NCBI GenBank assembly: GCA_963692865.2
Contig: OY843592.1
Coordinates: 3,040,001-3,104,000, forward strand
Origin: a bacterium
GTDB lineage: Bacteria; UBA8248
Length of the DNA: 64,000 nt
Direction: 5' to 3'
Within the stretch, counting starts at the first letter, position 1. Each line of letters opens with the position of its first letter. Of this stretch, positions 38,253 through 47,973 are shown one piece after another. The notes beneath the pieces are model-generated. The model worked only from the letters and a program-made list of their open reading frames with translations, did no database searches and was not told the origin of the DNA. Made by a program: the position numbers and the translations under genes.

Positions 38253-39377
38253 CTACGCACCGGACGCATCTCCCAACTCCCAGGAAGGGTCCGCGTCCAT
38301 GTCCGCATAGTCCATGAATTGCCCGCCGCCACGTTCTCGCAGCCTGAAGCCGCCGGCGCAGGCGATCATCGCGGCGTTATCCGTGCAGTATTTTCTCGCG
38401 GGGAAATGGAGCGACCAGCCTTCCTCCTCCGCCCGCTCACTCAGCTTCGCGCGCAGATACGAATTCGCGGCCACGCCCCCGCTCACGGAGACGGCGGGCA
38501 GATTCTCCCGGCGAACCACCCCGCTCACCTTCTCCACCAGAACCTCCACCGCCGCTTCCTGAAAGCCTGCGGCCACCGCGCACGCCACCTCTTCGGGCAC
38601 TTCCTGGGGACGCGCCCAGGGGGGGAGGTTCCTGTCGCTGAGATACAACCCTCTTTCTTTCTGGTAGTTTAGCACAGCCGTCTTCAAGCCGCTGAAGCTG
38701 AATGCGTAGGGCCTGTCTTGAAGAAACGGCCGGGGAAACTCGACCGCCTCCATCCCGCTTCCGTTCGCCTCCAGAAACTTCGCGTGCAGCCTGTCTACGA
38801 CGGGGCCGCCCGGATAGCCCAGCCCCATGATGGCCGCCACCTTGTCGTAGGCCTCGCCCAGGGCGTCGTCCAGCGTGCCGCCCAGGTGCGTGACGCCCGT
38901 GTGCCCCTCCACGCGGTAGAAGTCCGTATGCCCGCCCGAGACCACGAAGCCCAGGTGCGGGAACGGGGGCGGCGCGCCGCTATCGTCTCCCGTGGGCAGA
39001 TACAGGGAATGAACGTGTCCGTCGAGATGATGGACGCCGATGAGCGGGAGGTCCAGGCTCCACGCCAGACCCTTCGCGGCGGAAAGGCCCACGAGCAGGG
39101 CCACCACGAGGCCCGGGCCGCGCGTGACGGCCACGGCGTCGATTTCCTTGACCGAAACGGACGCTTCTTCCAGAGCCGCCTCCAGCACGGGGCCGATCAT
39201 CTCCACGTGGCGGCGCGCCGCGAGTTCGGGCACCACGCCGCCGTAGCGCGCATGGATCTCGTGCTGTGAGGCCACGACGTTCGAGAGGACTTTGGGAGCG
39301 GAACCATCCCCGAATTCGAGCACGGCCGCCGCCGTCTCGTCGCAACTCGTCTCCACGCCCAGGATATACACGTTCAT
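38253..39377 (-). CDS. tsaD: t6A37 threonylcarbamoyltransferase TsaD
   Basis: LGVETSCDETAAA, YGGVVPELAARRH, HLDGH, VSGGHT, GYPGGP, FSFSGLKTA, CTDNAAMI. Confidence 0.96.
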   Translation of the reverse strand: MNVYILGVETSCDETAAAVLEFGDGSAPKVLSNVVASQHEIHARYGGVVPELAARRHVEMIGPVLEAALEEASVSVKEIDAVAVTRGPGLVVALLVGLSAAKGLAWSLDLPLIGVHHLDGHVHSLYLPTGDDSGAPPPFPHLGFVVSGGHTDFYRVEGHTGVTHLGGTLDDALGEAYDKVAAIMGLGYPGGPVVDRLHAKFLEANGSGMEAVEFPRPFLQDRPYAFSFSGLKTAVLNYQKERGLYLSDRNLPPWARPQEVPEEVACAVAAGFQEAAVEVLVEKVSGVVRRENLPAVSVSGGVAANSYLRAKLSERAEEEGWSLHFPARKYCTDNAAMIACAGGFRLRERGGGQFMDYADMDADPSWELGDASGA

Positions 39378-39559
39378 ACTCCCCGCTTTGCGCAAACCTC
39401 ATCAAGCTCTGGTTCAAGTGGATACGGGAATTTTCGCGGGGAAGCAACGCCCGGCGGGGCGTGAAGGCGGGATTCGGTGCCCATCATCGGCGAATATGAA
39501 GGTTCGGGGGAAACGGGGGAAAGCAGTTTGAGCGGGAAGGACCCTGAGAGGTTTCCATG

Positions 39560-39875
39560 TTACTCCCCCCTTGAGGGGTTGTTGAAAAAGCTCGATGCGG
39601 CGAAATCCCTCTCCTAGTCCTGCGCAGCCCGCCGCTCCGCCTCACCCTGAGTAGCCGCCGAAGGCGGCATATCGAAGGGCGAAATTCACGCCCCCCATCC
39701 TTCGATACGGCGCTTACGCGCCTACTCAGTATGAGGGTTTGGGGCGCTTGCTCGGGATGAGGGCGTCAAGCGTTCTGCGAAACCGATATCGCGCGGCGGG
39801 TCAATCCCGACAGCGACCCCTGCACATCCTCTCGAATGGCGACCGTAGGGACAGGTCGCGACCTGTCCCTACTAC
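39560..39875. repeat. REP/MITE cluster
   Basis: CTCCCCCCTTGAGGGGTTGTTGAAAAAG, a CCTGAGTAGCCGCCGAAGGCGGC doublet, GTAGGGACAGGTCGCGACCTGTCCCTAC. Confidence 0.8.
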
Positions 39876-39934
39876 AACAAACCGCAAACTCTCCCTCCCC
39901 GGCAAGCCAGACGACAAAAAAGGAAAAAGCCGGC

Positions 39935-40570
39935 CTACACCGTGATGACGATGCCGCATCTTCGGCCCGCCTGGCGAACGTCCGAGAGAAACATCGTGTC
40001 GAACAATCCATCGCGCGCGTCCGTGATACTAAAATCCTCAGGCTTCACGCGGTCTCCGAAGAACAGGTATGCGGTGTCCGGGTCGCACTGGTTCGAGGTC
40101 CAGAGCAGACCATGGACTTCAGGAAACTGGTGGTGAATGGCGCTCGCCCACTGGGCGGTTTCGGCATAGAGCTTAGGAGATGCGCCGATCAACGAACTGC
40201 GAGCGATGCGCCATCGCTTGAGATCGGGGGCGCGTAAGGATGCGAGGCGCAAATCCCGTAGGACTTCCAGCCGGGCGTGCGCACGGCTTTGCACTAGCGT
40301 TCTGGGAACGGTTTTGCGTTCCGCTGTGACGGGAACATCGTGGAAGATCGTTTCATGTATCGCCGCCTCCAGCGTGTCGGCCGCGTAAAGAGACGGGACG
40401 CATTTGCCCGCCGCATCGTAGACGGGTGCGAAGCGCGTGGGAGAACCCTTGCAAGGATTGAAAACGCTCATGCCGTAATTCCTGTCTTGCACCCGGTGCA
40501 CGAGCACACCGGCTTCGAGTGTAATGGCGCTGGGCTCCGCCAGCGCAGCCTGAGGTTTTCGAATCGTCAT
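39935..40570 (-). CDS. RES domain protein (putative toxin)
   Basis: FNP...TRFAP...SLYAA.TLEAAIHETIFHD...GLLWTS, matching the R-E-S pattern. Confidence 0.8.
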   Translation of the reverse strand: MTIRKPQAALAEPSAITLEAGVLVHRVQDRNYGMSVFNPCKGSPTRFAPVYDAAGKCVPSLYAADTLEAAIHETIFHDVPVTAERKTVPRTLVQSRAHARLEVLRDLRLASLRAPDLKRWRIARSSLIGASPKLYAETAQWASAIHHQFPEVHGLLWTSNQCDPDTAYLFFGDRVKPEDFSITDARDGLFDTMFLSDVRQAGRRCGIVITV

Positions 40571-40584
40571 CCAGGGGACACGCC

Positions 40585-41259
40585 CTAACCGACAGCCGGA
40601 TCGGCAAGTCTCCGGGCCGCATCGACGACGGCGTCCGGTTCGGAGAGGCGCTCCTGCGGCTCGTCGCCGTCCAGCCAGCCGTTACCGGATGCGAACCACA
40701 TGGCGATTTGCCAACCCGTCATGCCCTTCGGAAGAGCGGCGAGAATCGCCTTGATGACCGGCAGCGGAACTCCGTCGGCGAACTGAAAGGCCGGATAGTG
40801 GTCAACTCCCGAGCGGCGCACCGCGAACAGCCTGCCCTCCCGTTTCCAGCGGGAGGCGGGCTCGCTCTTGTTGCGCGGCTTCAAGCCCGATACTGCGCGA
40901 ACCTCGGCCCCGGTCAAAAGGGGCGTTTCCTGAATATACCGGGAGCGCAGCCTGGCATTGTCGATTTCGAGTTCATTCTCGACCCGGGGGCGGGGCGCGT
41001 CCGAGAGAATGACATCAAGTATTTTCTCGATATTCGCTTCGGATAATCTAGATCCGCGCTCGGCCGCAAGTGAAGGCAGAACTTCGATCGCTCGTTCGAG
41101 CAGTTCCGCCCGCCCCTCCGCGCGTTCGCCCACGAGGAGCCAGGCGCCGGGCAGAGGATCCTCCGAGCGGGAGGAACCACCGATCCTCCTCCGCAGACTG
41201 GCTGGCAGCCGCTCGATTTCGCCGGGCGTCAGATCGATCAGCGACAACGTTTCACTCAT
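40585..41259 (-). CDS. Putative antitoxin partner of RES (MbcA/Xre-like C-terminus)
   Basis: ASRWKREGRLFAV...YPAFQF...WFASGNGWLDGDEP; immediately upstream of the RES gene. Confidence 0.7.
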   Translation of the reverse strand: MSETLSLIDLTPGEIERLPASLRRRIGGSSRSEDPLPGAWLLVGERAEGRAELLERAIEVLPSLAAERGSRLSEANIEKILDVILSDAPRPRVENELEIDNARLRSRYIQETPLLTGAEVRAVSGLKPRNKSEPASRWKREGRLFAVRRSGVDHYPAFQFADGVPLPVIKAILAALPKGMTGWQIAMWFASGNGWLDGDEPQERLSEPDAVVDAARRLADPAVG

Positions 41260-41303
41260 GCGGACATCCTCCAGGATGAGGCGTGAGATCCAATAACAAA
41301 TAA

Positions 41304-41332
41304 AATATAGGGAATATCATTGGTGGCGTCAA
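41304..41332 (-). promoter_or_regulatory. sigma70 promoter of the antitoxin-RES pair
   Basis: TTGACG-N17-TATATT; GGAGG RBS precedes ATG 41259. Confidence 0.6.
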
Positions 41333-41369
41333 GCCTGTGGGTCCGTAAATGAGGGATCCGGGGTGTCAC

Positions 41370-41660
41370 ATCTCCCTTGAGGGAGTTGTTGGAAAAGCCC
41401 CCCTGACAAGGGTTGTTGAAAAAGTCCCGTCAAGGGCAGCGAACGCTCTCTCCCCGGTCGCGTCGAACCCTCATTCCTCAATCGGGTTCGACACTCGCAA
41501 ACCGCAAAGCCTCAACCCTCACCCTGAGTAGCCGCCGGAGGCGGCGTATCGAAGGGCGAGGTGAGTCGAACACCTCACGCCGTGCGAGAGGGCATCCTTC
41601 GATACGCGGCTTCGCCGCTACTCAGGATGAAGTAGAGAGGGCTTTTTCAACGCCCCCTGC
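41370..41660. mobile_element. MITE with REP cargo
   Basis: GGGTTGTTGAAAAAG (about 41410) and CTTTTTCAACGCCCC (about 41656) enclosing hairpin doublets. Confidence 0.7.
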
Positions 41661-41744
41661 GGCAAGCGCGGCTTTGCTGCCATGAATCTGAATGATTTCC
41701 GACAATGGGCAACGAAATACCTCCACCTTCACGCAACGGCCGGC

Positions 41745-42911
41745 CTAGTCGCGCCTGGCGCCAAATACGCCGGAAACGTCGTGAATATCTCCACCGATCC
41801 TGTCGTTTTCAGCAACAGACGTCCTGAAACTGAACAAGCCACCCACTTCCTCGTGGCTCGGACCGTAGAATCGGCCTGAGATGCCTCTCCTCGCGCGATG
41901 TCGACTGACATTTGATTCCACCTCACTGATAGGAACGACTCCGAACGATCCGTTATGGAGTTTCAGCCCTGCCCAAGTAACATCATTGAAATTCGCACCA
42001 GTTTGTTCGTCTTTCATATTACTGAATTCAACATCCACCAGCAGACCAGAATTTCCTAGCGGATTGAAAACCGTAATTGTGGCATCGCCTTTGACGAAAC
42101 TATCCGGCTCGGCAATACGGATGCCAACCATAATCCCGGACCAAGTCGCGGCGCCGCCGGCTAAAACATCCGGATTCGAATCGATTGCGTTTCCTATCGA
42201 ATAGGCGCCATAGTAATTTGCGGAAATCCGGTTTTCTTCAGACGCTATCTCGATCCCGGGTGTCTTGAGAAGGAAAAAACTATGGTCGATCCAGCCGGCC
42301 AGGGCGCGGTAGTTGGTCGCATCGCCTCCTCCTCCTGAAACCTGCGTCCTTTCCGCCAAAGACACGCCGCGGCGGCGTTCGATGAAACGAAAGCCGGAAA
42401 AGTCAAACTTGCCAACCGCCCTGTAGTGAACCGGTCCGAGCCCTCCCTCACATCCCAATAACAGCGCCGCACACGTTACGGCGTCAGGAGGAGGAGGATC
42501 AGCACCAAATCGAGCCAACGCGAGAGATTTCGAATTGCTCCTTAAGTCGCTCAAAACGCCTTCGATTTCATTCGTCTCGAGAATCAAGGACTTGAAGCCA
42601 GGCACCCCGCCGGCAACCTCATACTCGACCGCGCCGTCGTCGGCTACGATCACCACACACGCGGGGCCGCCTGCCGGACACGACACTTCGACGTTGCCAT
42701 GCTCCTCGGAGGTGCCCGGCCGGACCGTGAACTCCTCCATCGGGGCAAGACCGTGGTTCGCGGGCGCCCCGGACAGAGCTACTGTGGCTTCTTCGTCCAC
42801 GGGTGGCATGGGCATCGAATCGACCACCGACCCGCTGCCTCCACAACCAGCCAACATCACCAAGAGCGGCAAGGCTACAAGAAGCGAAAGCTGATTCTTC
42901 CTATTCAACAT
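41745..42911 (-). CDS. Surface lipoprotein with TbpB-like C-terminal beta-barrel
   Basis: Lipobox LAGC-GGSG; GAATWSG, GRFYGPSHEEVGG.F and terminal GVFGARR. Confidence 0.7.
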   Translation of the reverse strand: MLNRKNQLSLLVALPLLVMLAGCGGSGSVVDSMPMPPVDEEATVALSGAPANHGLAPMEEFTVRPGTSEEHGNVEVSCPAGGPACVVIVADDGAVEYEVAGGVPGFKSLILETNEIEGVLSDLRSNSKSLALARFGADPPPPDAVTCAALLLGCEGGLGPVHYRAVGKFDFSGFRFIERRRGVSLAERTQVSGGGGDATNYRALAGWIDHSFFLLKTPGIEIASEENRISANYYGAYSIGNAIDSNPDVLAGGAATWSGIMVGIRIAEPDSFVKGDATITVFNPLGNSGLLVDVEFSNMKDEQTGANFNDVTWAGLKLHNGSFGVVPISEVESNVSRHRARRGISGRFYGPSHEEVGGLFSFRTSVAENDRIGGDIHDVSGVFGARRD

Positions 42912-43296
42912 TGTTCGTTCCTTATGTTGCTTTTCGCTTTAGACACAACCCCTCGTTCATTCTGCACAAAGCTTGGGGTTTGTTCCAATTGAGGCGCATT
43001 TTGCAGATGCTTTCGGCGTTCTACGACCGGTTCGACTGGCCTCCACCAAGTGGTTCCTCAACACATTAGCCCAGCGTTAAGCCTGGAACAATATGCGGGA
43101 TTCAGACAGGCGCGCAGCCAGTCCGTATATCGTGTAAAAAAGGACAGTCCGGGCGAAACGAATTCTACATTTTCGCTCAAAATCTTCTGCAAGTTGATAA
43201 AGAATTCGACGAGATAGAACCAATGAGGGCGGAAACGCAGGTCTCCCGCAATGGCAAAACTTAGGTATGGAATACGCCAGTGGGTCCTCGCAGGAA

Positions 43297-44604
43297 CTAG
43301 GCGTCTTTCTTGTTCAGGAACGAATCCTTGAGGTATTCGACGGCGCGGTCGAGCTGGGCGTCCTTCTCTTCCTCCTCGGCCGCGCCCTGCGACTCGCCGG
43401 ACGGCGCGCCGCCCGGAGCGCCTTCTTTCTGCTCCCCCGCTTTCTCCGACTCGCCAGGCAGGTGGCCGGGCAGGTCCTTCTCGCGCATCGCGCTCGCGCG
43501 CCTCACCGCCTCGCTCACGATGTCGGGCTCGATCCCCTCGCCCTGGATGCGCCTTCCTTTGGGGGTGAAATAGAGCGCGGTGGTCAGCCGCAGTCCCGAG
43601 CCGTCCGAGAGCGGAACGACGGTCTGCACCGACCCCTTGCCGAACGTCTTGACGCCGACGAGCTTGGCGCGTCCCAAATCCTGGAGCGCGCCCGCCACGA
43701 TCTCCGACGCGCTCGCGCTGCCCGCGTTCACGAGCACCGCCATGGGAATCTTCCCGCCCGGCGTCTTGCCCGTCGAGGTGAAACGATGCTCCTGGTCGGT
43801 CATGCGGCCCTTGGTGTAGACGATCAAGCTGCCGGCCCCGAGGAAAATATCGGACACCGAAACGGCCTGGGAGAGAAGCCCGCCGGGGTTGTTGCGCAAA
43901 TCGAGAACGAGCGCTTTGGCGCCCTTGTCCTCGAGTGCGGACAGGGCGTCCCGCACCTCCTCGTCGGTTTCGTTCTGGAAGCTGCGAACCCGGATGTACG
44001 CGATGTCCTCGGGCAGCATGCGGCTCCTCACGCTCTTGATGCGGATGATCCGGCGCGTGATGGTGAAGGGGAGCAACTCCTTCTCCCCCTTGCGCCTCAC
44101 GGTGATCTTCACCTTCGTGCCGGGCTTGCCCCGAAGCTTCTTGACGACCTCCTGGAGCGGCATGTCTTTCGTGGGTTCTTTCTCGATGAAGATGATCTGA
44201 TCGCCCGCCTGCACGCCGGCCTTGTACGCCGGGGTATCCTCGATGGGCGTCACCACGGTAAGTACGTCGTCCCGGATCGATATCTCCACGCCCAGGCCCC
44301 CGAAGCGGCCCGTGGTCTCGACCTGCATCTCCCTGAAATACTCGGGGCTCAGATAGCTCGTGTGGGGGTCGAGCGTGCGGAGCATGCCCTGGATGGCGCC
44401 GCGAATCAGCTTCCTGGCCTCGACCTTGTTGACGTAGTTCTCCTCGACGAGGCTCAGCACCTCGCTGAACGCCCGCAGTTCGGAATACGCGCTCGTCTCG
44501 CTCGCGGAGAGATTCGCGACGGGGCCCGCCGCCATCCCCGCGACGAACAGCGCCAGAACGCCGGCCCAAATCATCCACCCGGACAAACGATATTTTTTCG
44601 ACAT
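43297..44604 (-). CDS. ctpA: Carboxyl-terminal processing protease (S41A)
   Basis: LDPHT, GLGVEI (PDZ), DLRNNPGGLL, SASASEIVAGALQD, TFGKGSVQ. Confidence 0.94.
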   Translation of the reverse strand: MSKKYRLSGWMIWAGVLALFVAGMAAGPVANLSASETSAYSELRAFSEVLSLVEENYVNKVEARKLIRGAIQGMLRTLDPHTSYLSPEYFREMQVETTGRFGGLGVEISIRDDVLTVVTPIEDTPAYKAGVQAGDQIIFIEKEPTKDMPLQEVVKKLRGKPGTKVKITVRRKGEKELLPFTITRRIIRIKSVRSRMLPEDIAYIRVRSFQNETDEEVRDALSALEDKGAKALVLDLRNNPGGLLSQAVSVSDIFLGAGSLIVYTKGRMTDQEHRFTSTGKTPGGKIPMAVLVNAGSASASEIVAGALQDLGRAKLVGVKTFGKGSVQTVVPLSDGSGLRLTTALYFTPKGRRIQGEGIEPDIVSEAVRRASAMREKDLPGHLPGESEKAGEQKEGAPGGAPSGESQGAAEEEEKDAQLDRAVEYLKDSFLNKKDA

Positions 44605-44760
44605 CTCTCACTCCTCAGAGGATGCGGCCCAAAAGAGCGATTCTACTCCACGAGGCGCGATAACGCCACAAGAGAGCGCAGTTTCGGGTGCGGGAGAAGA
44701 ACATGGCGTCGTGTCCACCTCCGCATAATAGGGAGTCATTCTTCTCCGGTTGCGTCATGG

Positions 44761-45011
44761 GGGGTTGTTGAAAAAACCTCGCCGCCTCGTTCTGAACAGC
44801 GGCGAAGCAGCGTATCGAAGGGGATGCCTTCTCGCCCCGGCGCGAGGCGTTCGACTTCCCAAGCCCTGCGATACAAACGCTCCCTCCCCGGTCGCGTATG
44901 ACCTTCGGAGGCTATTCAGGATGAGGAAAGAGGCGTCGTCCGTTTGCGGGGGTCGAACGCGACCGGGGAGGGAGTGTTCGCTGTCCTTGACGGGGCTTTT
45001 TCAACAACCCC
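44761..45011. mobile_element. MITE with REP cargo
   Basis: GGGGTTGTTGAAAAA and TTTTTCAACAACCCC perfect 15-bp inverted ends; CATG adjacent on both sides. Confidence 0.75.
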
Positions 45012-45035
45012 ATGTGCGCTCACTCGGAATTACCC

Positions 45036-45563
45036 TCATTCAGTGGAGCGGTCCTTCTCGGAAGAAGAGTCTTCCAGGACGGGAGCCAGCAGGTGATGGA
45101 TGATCTCGGCGACGAATTCGCCGCGCCCCCGCACGCCGGCCTTTGTGTAGAGGGTGCTGGCCTGCAGCCGGGTGGTGTTTTCCTTGACCTGGCGCAGTTC
45201 GGCGATTTCGGCAAAGCGGTAACCTTTGATGATCATCCATGCGATTTCTCTTTCACTGGGGGTCAGTTTCCACTCATCCATCTGTTCTTCGATGCCGGCG
45301 GCAAGCTCGCCTGCGAGCGCCTTGTTCCGGGTCTCCTCCCGTTGCAGGCGCGTTCGCAAGTCGGCGATATCCTTCAAACTGAGGATGAGGACCACCAACA
45401 CGGAAAGAAATACGAACGCTTCGACAATAAAATGCGTAGAGGCGAATTCTCCCTCCAAAGATGCGTCTGCGATCAGGTCATAAATCAGGAACAATGCGGC
45501 CGGAAAAAGTATGGCTACCCGGAAAGTTCTATTTGAACTTTGTTCTGGTAGTATTCTTCTCAC
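45036..45563 (-). CDS. Membrane-anchored LuxR-type HTH regulator; start uncertain
   Basis: Two TM segments, a coiled coil, then LTPSEREIAWMIIKGYRFAEIAELR...TTR.Q...LY.K.GV.GR. Confidence 0.8.
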   Translation of the reverse strand: MRRILPEQSSNRTFRVAILFPAALFLIYDLIADASLEGEFASTHFIVEAFVFLSVLVVLILSLKDIADLRTRLQREETRNKALAGELAAGIEEQMDEWKLTPSEREIAWMIIKGYRFAEIAELRQVKENTTRLQASTLYTKAGVRGRGEFVAEIIHHLLAPVLEDSSSEKDRSTE

Positions 45564-45779
45564 ATCAGATCGTCCTATTTTCGGACTGTACAGGCACCAT
45601 TCTGCGTTGTGGCGGCAGGCAAGAATTATATCGATAGGATATCTTAATTTCACAGCCTTTGAAAATGGATTGATTTGTCGAATGCCGAACACACCCGATG
45701 CGCCTCTGTCTCAACCTGGGCGCATGCGCACGGCGAGTACGACTCAATGACAAAAAGGGATTGTCCCGGACGAGAGGGG

Positions 45780-46214
45780 TCAATTCCGACCAGTGCGGGA
45801 AGTCCTGTTTTTGCCTTTCATCCAAAGGGCAGCGCGCCGCAGCCTGCGGAACCAGGGGTACAGCATTCGCACGCGCCCTGGATTCGAAGAAAACCACTTC
45901 GCGAACCTGTTGAACCAGTCGCCTCCGCTCGTCATCGCCTCGAGCGCGGTCATGGCCGCAGCGCCCTGATAGTTCCGGCCGTCCAGGACGAGAATCATCC
46001 CCTCCTCGATGTCGCAGCCTTCCCGCCGCAACTCGGCGACGAGTTCGGGCGCCTGCCCGGCGTCGATGAGTTTCAAGGTTCGCCCGGTTTGCGTCTCGAA
46101 CCTCGATTTTCGCGCATAAAAGCTGCAAAACGGGCACTCGCCGTCATAGAGCAAAAAGGCGTCCCGTGAAGATAAATCGGCGGATTGAACGCGCCCGGCC
46201 TCTGGTGAAGTCAT
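45780..46214 (-). CDS. DCC1-like thiol-disulfide oxidoreductase (DUF393)
   Basis: LLYDGECPFC motif, G.AA segment and LYP tail. Confidence 0.85.
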   Translation of the reverse strand: MTSPEAGRVQSADLSSRDAFLLYDGECPFCSFYARKSRFETQTGRTLKLIDAGQAPELVAELRREGCDIEEGMILVLDGRNYQGAAAMTALEAMTSGGDWFNRFAKWFSSNPGRVRMLYPWFRRLRRAALWMKGKNRTSRTGRN

Positions 46215-46411
46215 GCTTGCCCCTCCGGTTCCACGCCCATATTCTCCTCACATAAAACATACAGCCAAGAGATGATCCCCCCGCGTGAACTCCGCAACAG
46301 AGCGAAATCGGCGGCGTCCCTGAAGATAATGCCCGCATCAGCCTCACGGCTTCAGCGAGATCAAGGCAATCCGGATTGCTACCTGAACATTGTAAAGTTT
46401 CATGGTTGAAA

Positions 46412-47779
46412 TCATTTTCTCCTCCGCTTCCGGCGTCGCTCATGAAGAGGCACCTCCAAGGGCTTGATCCACGCCTTTGGCCAAATCGAGCGCGGCTCCT
46501 TCAAGAGGTTGACGTCGGGGTCCAGCAAGTGTTGTCGCCTCCGGCCGTTCAGGGACACCCTGGCGTCGACGCGGATCGAGGATACCTTTATTCCTTCCGC
46601 CCGCAACCGGTCGCCCAGATAGTAGACGAATTGATGAATCATGTCCGGTCTGCCGGCCATTTTCCTCGCCTGCCAGGATTTGATGTAGCGGGTGGGAGAT
46701 ACTTTATACTCGTTTCCCGACTCGTCCGCGACCAGAAACCGCACCCGCCCGGATTTGCTGCGAAGCTTCATGTGCCAGGCGTAGAGATGTCCCTCTTCGG
46801 TCCAATTCACATTTCCGGGATAGAGCCAGTGCCTCAGCGGCATCAACAGTTGCCAGCAGACATAGGCCGCGAGGAATGTAAATACGACCCGGGAACATCG
46901 ATTTGCGCCGGGAGGTTGCGCCGTCTGGTTTCTTTTCAGGATTACATATCGCCTGGGCCAGTCGGGAGGAAAAAACACCGTTGAGAGGGCGATGGCGAAC
47001 CAGGGGAATATACCGATGTGAAAGATGACGGCGTTGGTGAGGTTGAAAAACAGCACGCCTGCGAATGCCGCAACCCTCGTCCGCCTCCACATCAGGAGCG
47101 GCACGATGAGCAGGTCGAAGAACAGAGCGCCATAGTTCATGAGCATTACGACCGATTCCTGACCGAACAGGGGGCCGAGCAAGGGATAGTCCATGCGTTT
47201 ATGCAGCCAGCTTCTCAACGGCTCCCCGGCCAGCCAGTCGGCGTTGATCTTGGCGATGCCGCCGTAGAAATAGACGACGCCCATCTGGAAGCGCAGAATC
47301 CACAGACTCCACACGGGGACGGTATCCGTTCCCGCGCAGAGTCCGAACTTCGCATCCAGCGACACGGCCCGGTTCGCCGGGACCACTGTCATCAGAAAGC
47401 TTACCAGGCACACGAGATAAAAGTGATTCAGGTAGCGCGCCTGCTCGAGCAGGAAGACATAGCTGAAGGCGATGAAGAAAAGAGCGGCGGCGACGCGATA
47501 GAACAAGCCGAAGGTGATGAGCAGGGCCAGAAAACCCAGCCCCAGGAAATGCCAATACATTCCATCGCCGGGCCAGGGCGCGACCCAGTCGAACCCGAAG
47601 TAGCGGAAATGAAAATCCGGCGTGATCCAGTAGTTGCGTATCCAGCCCTTCTTGAAATAACGCGCGACTTCCCACAGCATGATCAGCCCGAAAAGTATAC
47701 GGACCATCACCAGCGAGGCAATATCGGTGGGCTCCGCAAGCCGCTCACGCCACTCCGTTACCACCTGCTTTGCGCTCAT
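46412..47779 (-). CDS. Vitamin K-dependent gamma-carboxylase-like (HTTM) protein
   Basis: SL...RILFG; YLNHFYL; YFYGGIAKINADWL; IGIFP; WTEEGHLYAWHMKL; PDMIHQF; SLNGR..Q.L.DP, recalled as collinear with GGCX motifs. Confidence 0.9.
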   Translation of the reverse strand: MSAKQVVTEWRERLAEPTDIASLVMVRILFGLIMLWEVARYFKKGWIRNYWITPDFHFRYFGFDWVAPWPGDGMYWHFLGLGFLALLITFGLFYRVAAALFFIAFSYVFLLEQARYLNHFYLVCLVSFLMTVVPANRAVSLDAKFGLCAGTDTVPVWSLWILRFQMGVVYFYGGIAKINADWLAGEPLRSWLHKRMDYPLLGPLFGQESVVMLMNYGALFFDLLIVPLLMWRRTRVAAFAGVLFFNLTNAVIFHIGIFPWFAIALSTVFFPPDWPRRYVILKRNQTAQPPGANRCSRVVFTFLAAYVCWQLLMPLRHWLYPGNVNWTEEGHLYAWHMKLRSKSGRVRFLVADESGNEYKVSPTRYIKSWQARKMAGRPDMIHQFVYYLGDRLRAEGIKVSSIRVDARVSLNGRRRQHLLDPDVNLLKEPRSIWPKAWIKPLEVPLHERRRKRRRK

Positions 47780-47973
47780 TTTGTTTTCCTCGAACAAGTT
47801 CCGAGGGTTCGCATCAGGCTTGCGCCATCTTTTCTATGCGCCAAGCGGAATCTTGCAAATGGAGGGCAGCGCCGCGGCAAGCGGCAACTCGCAAGAAAGA
47901 CTTGTCCGAAGCGATTGCAATTCAGCGAGGCGCATGGAATTTCCTGTTCGCTCTCCTTAAAGAGCAATCGAAT

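Noticed and set aside
42915-43290. Possible pseudogene fragment between ctpA and the lipoprotein gene
   Set aside because: No recognisable motif in any frame by eye.
43267-44901. 544-aa (+) and 517-aa (-) ORFs overlapping ctpA
   Set aside because: Shadow frames of a well-supported high-GC gene.
46144-46443. 99-aa ORF between the HTTM and DCC1-like genes
   Set aside because: Overlaps both neighbours and has no recognisable features.
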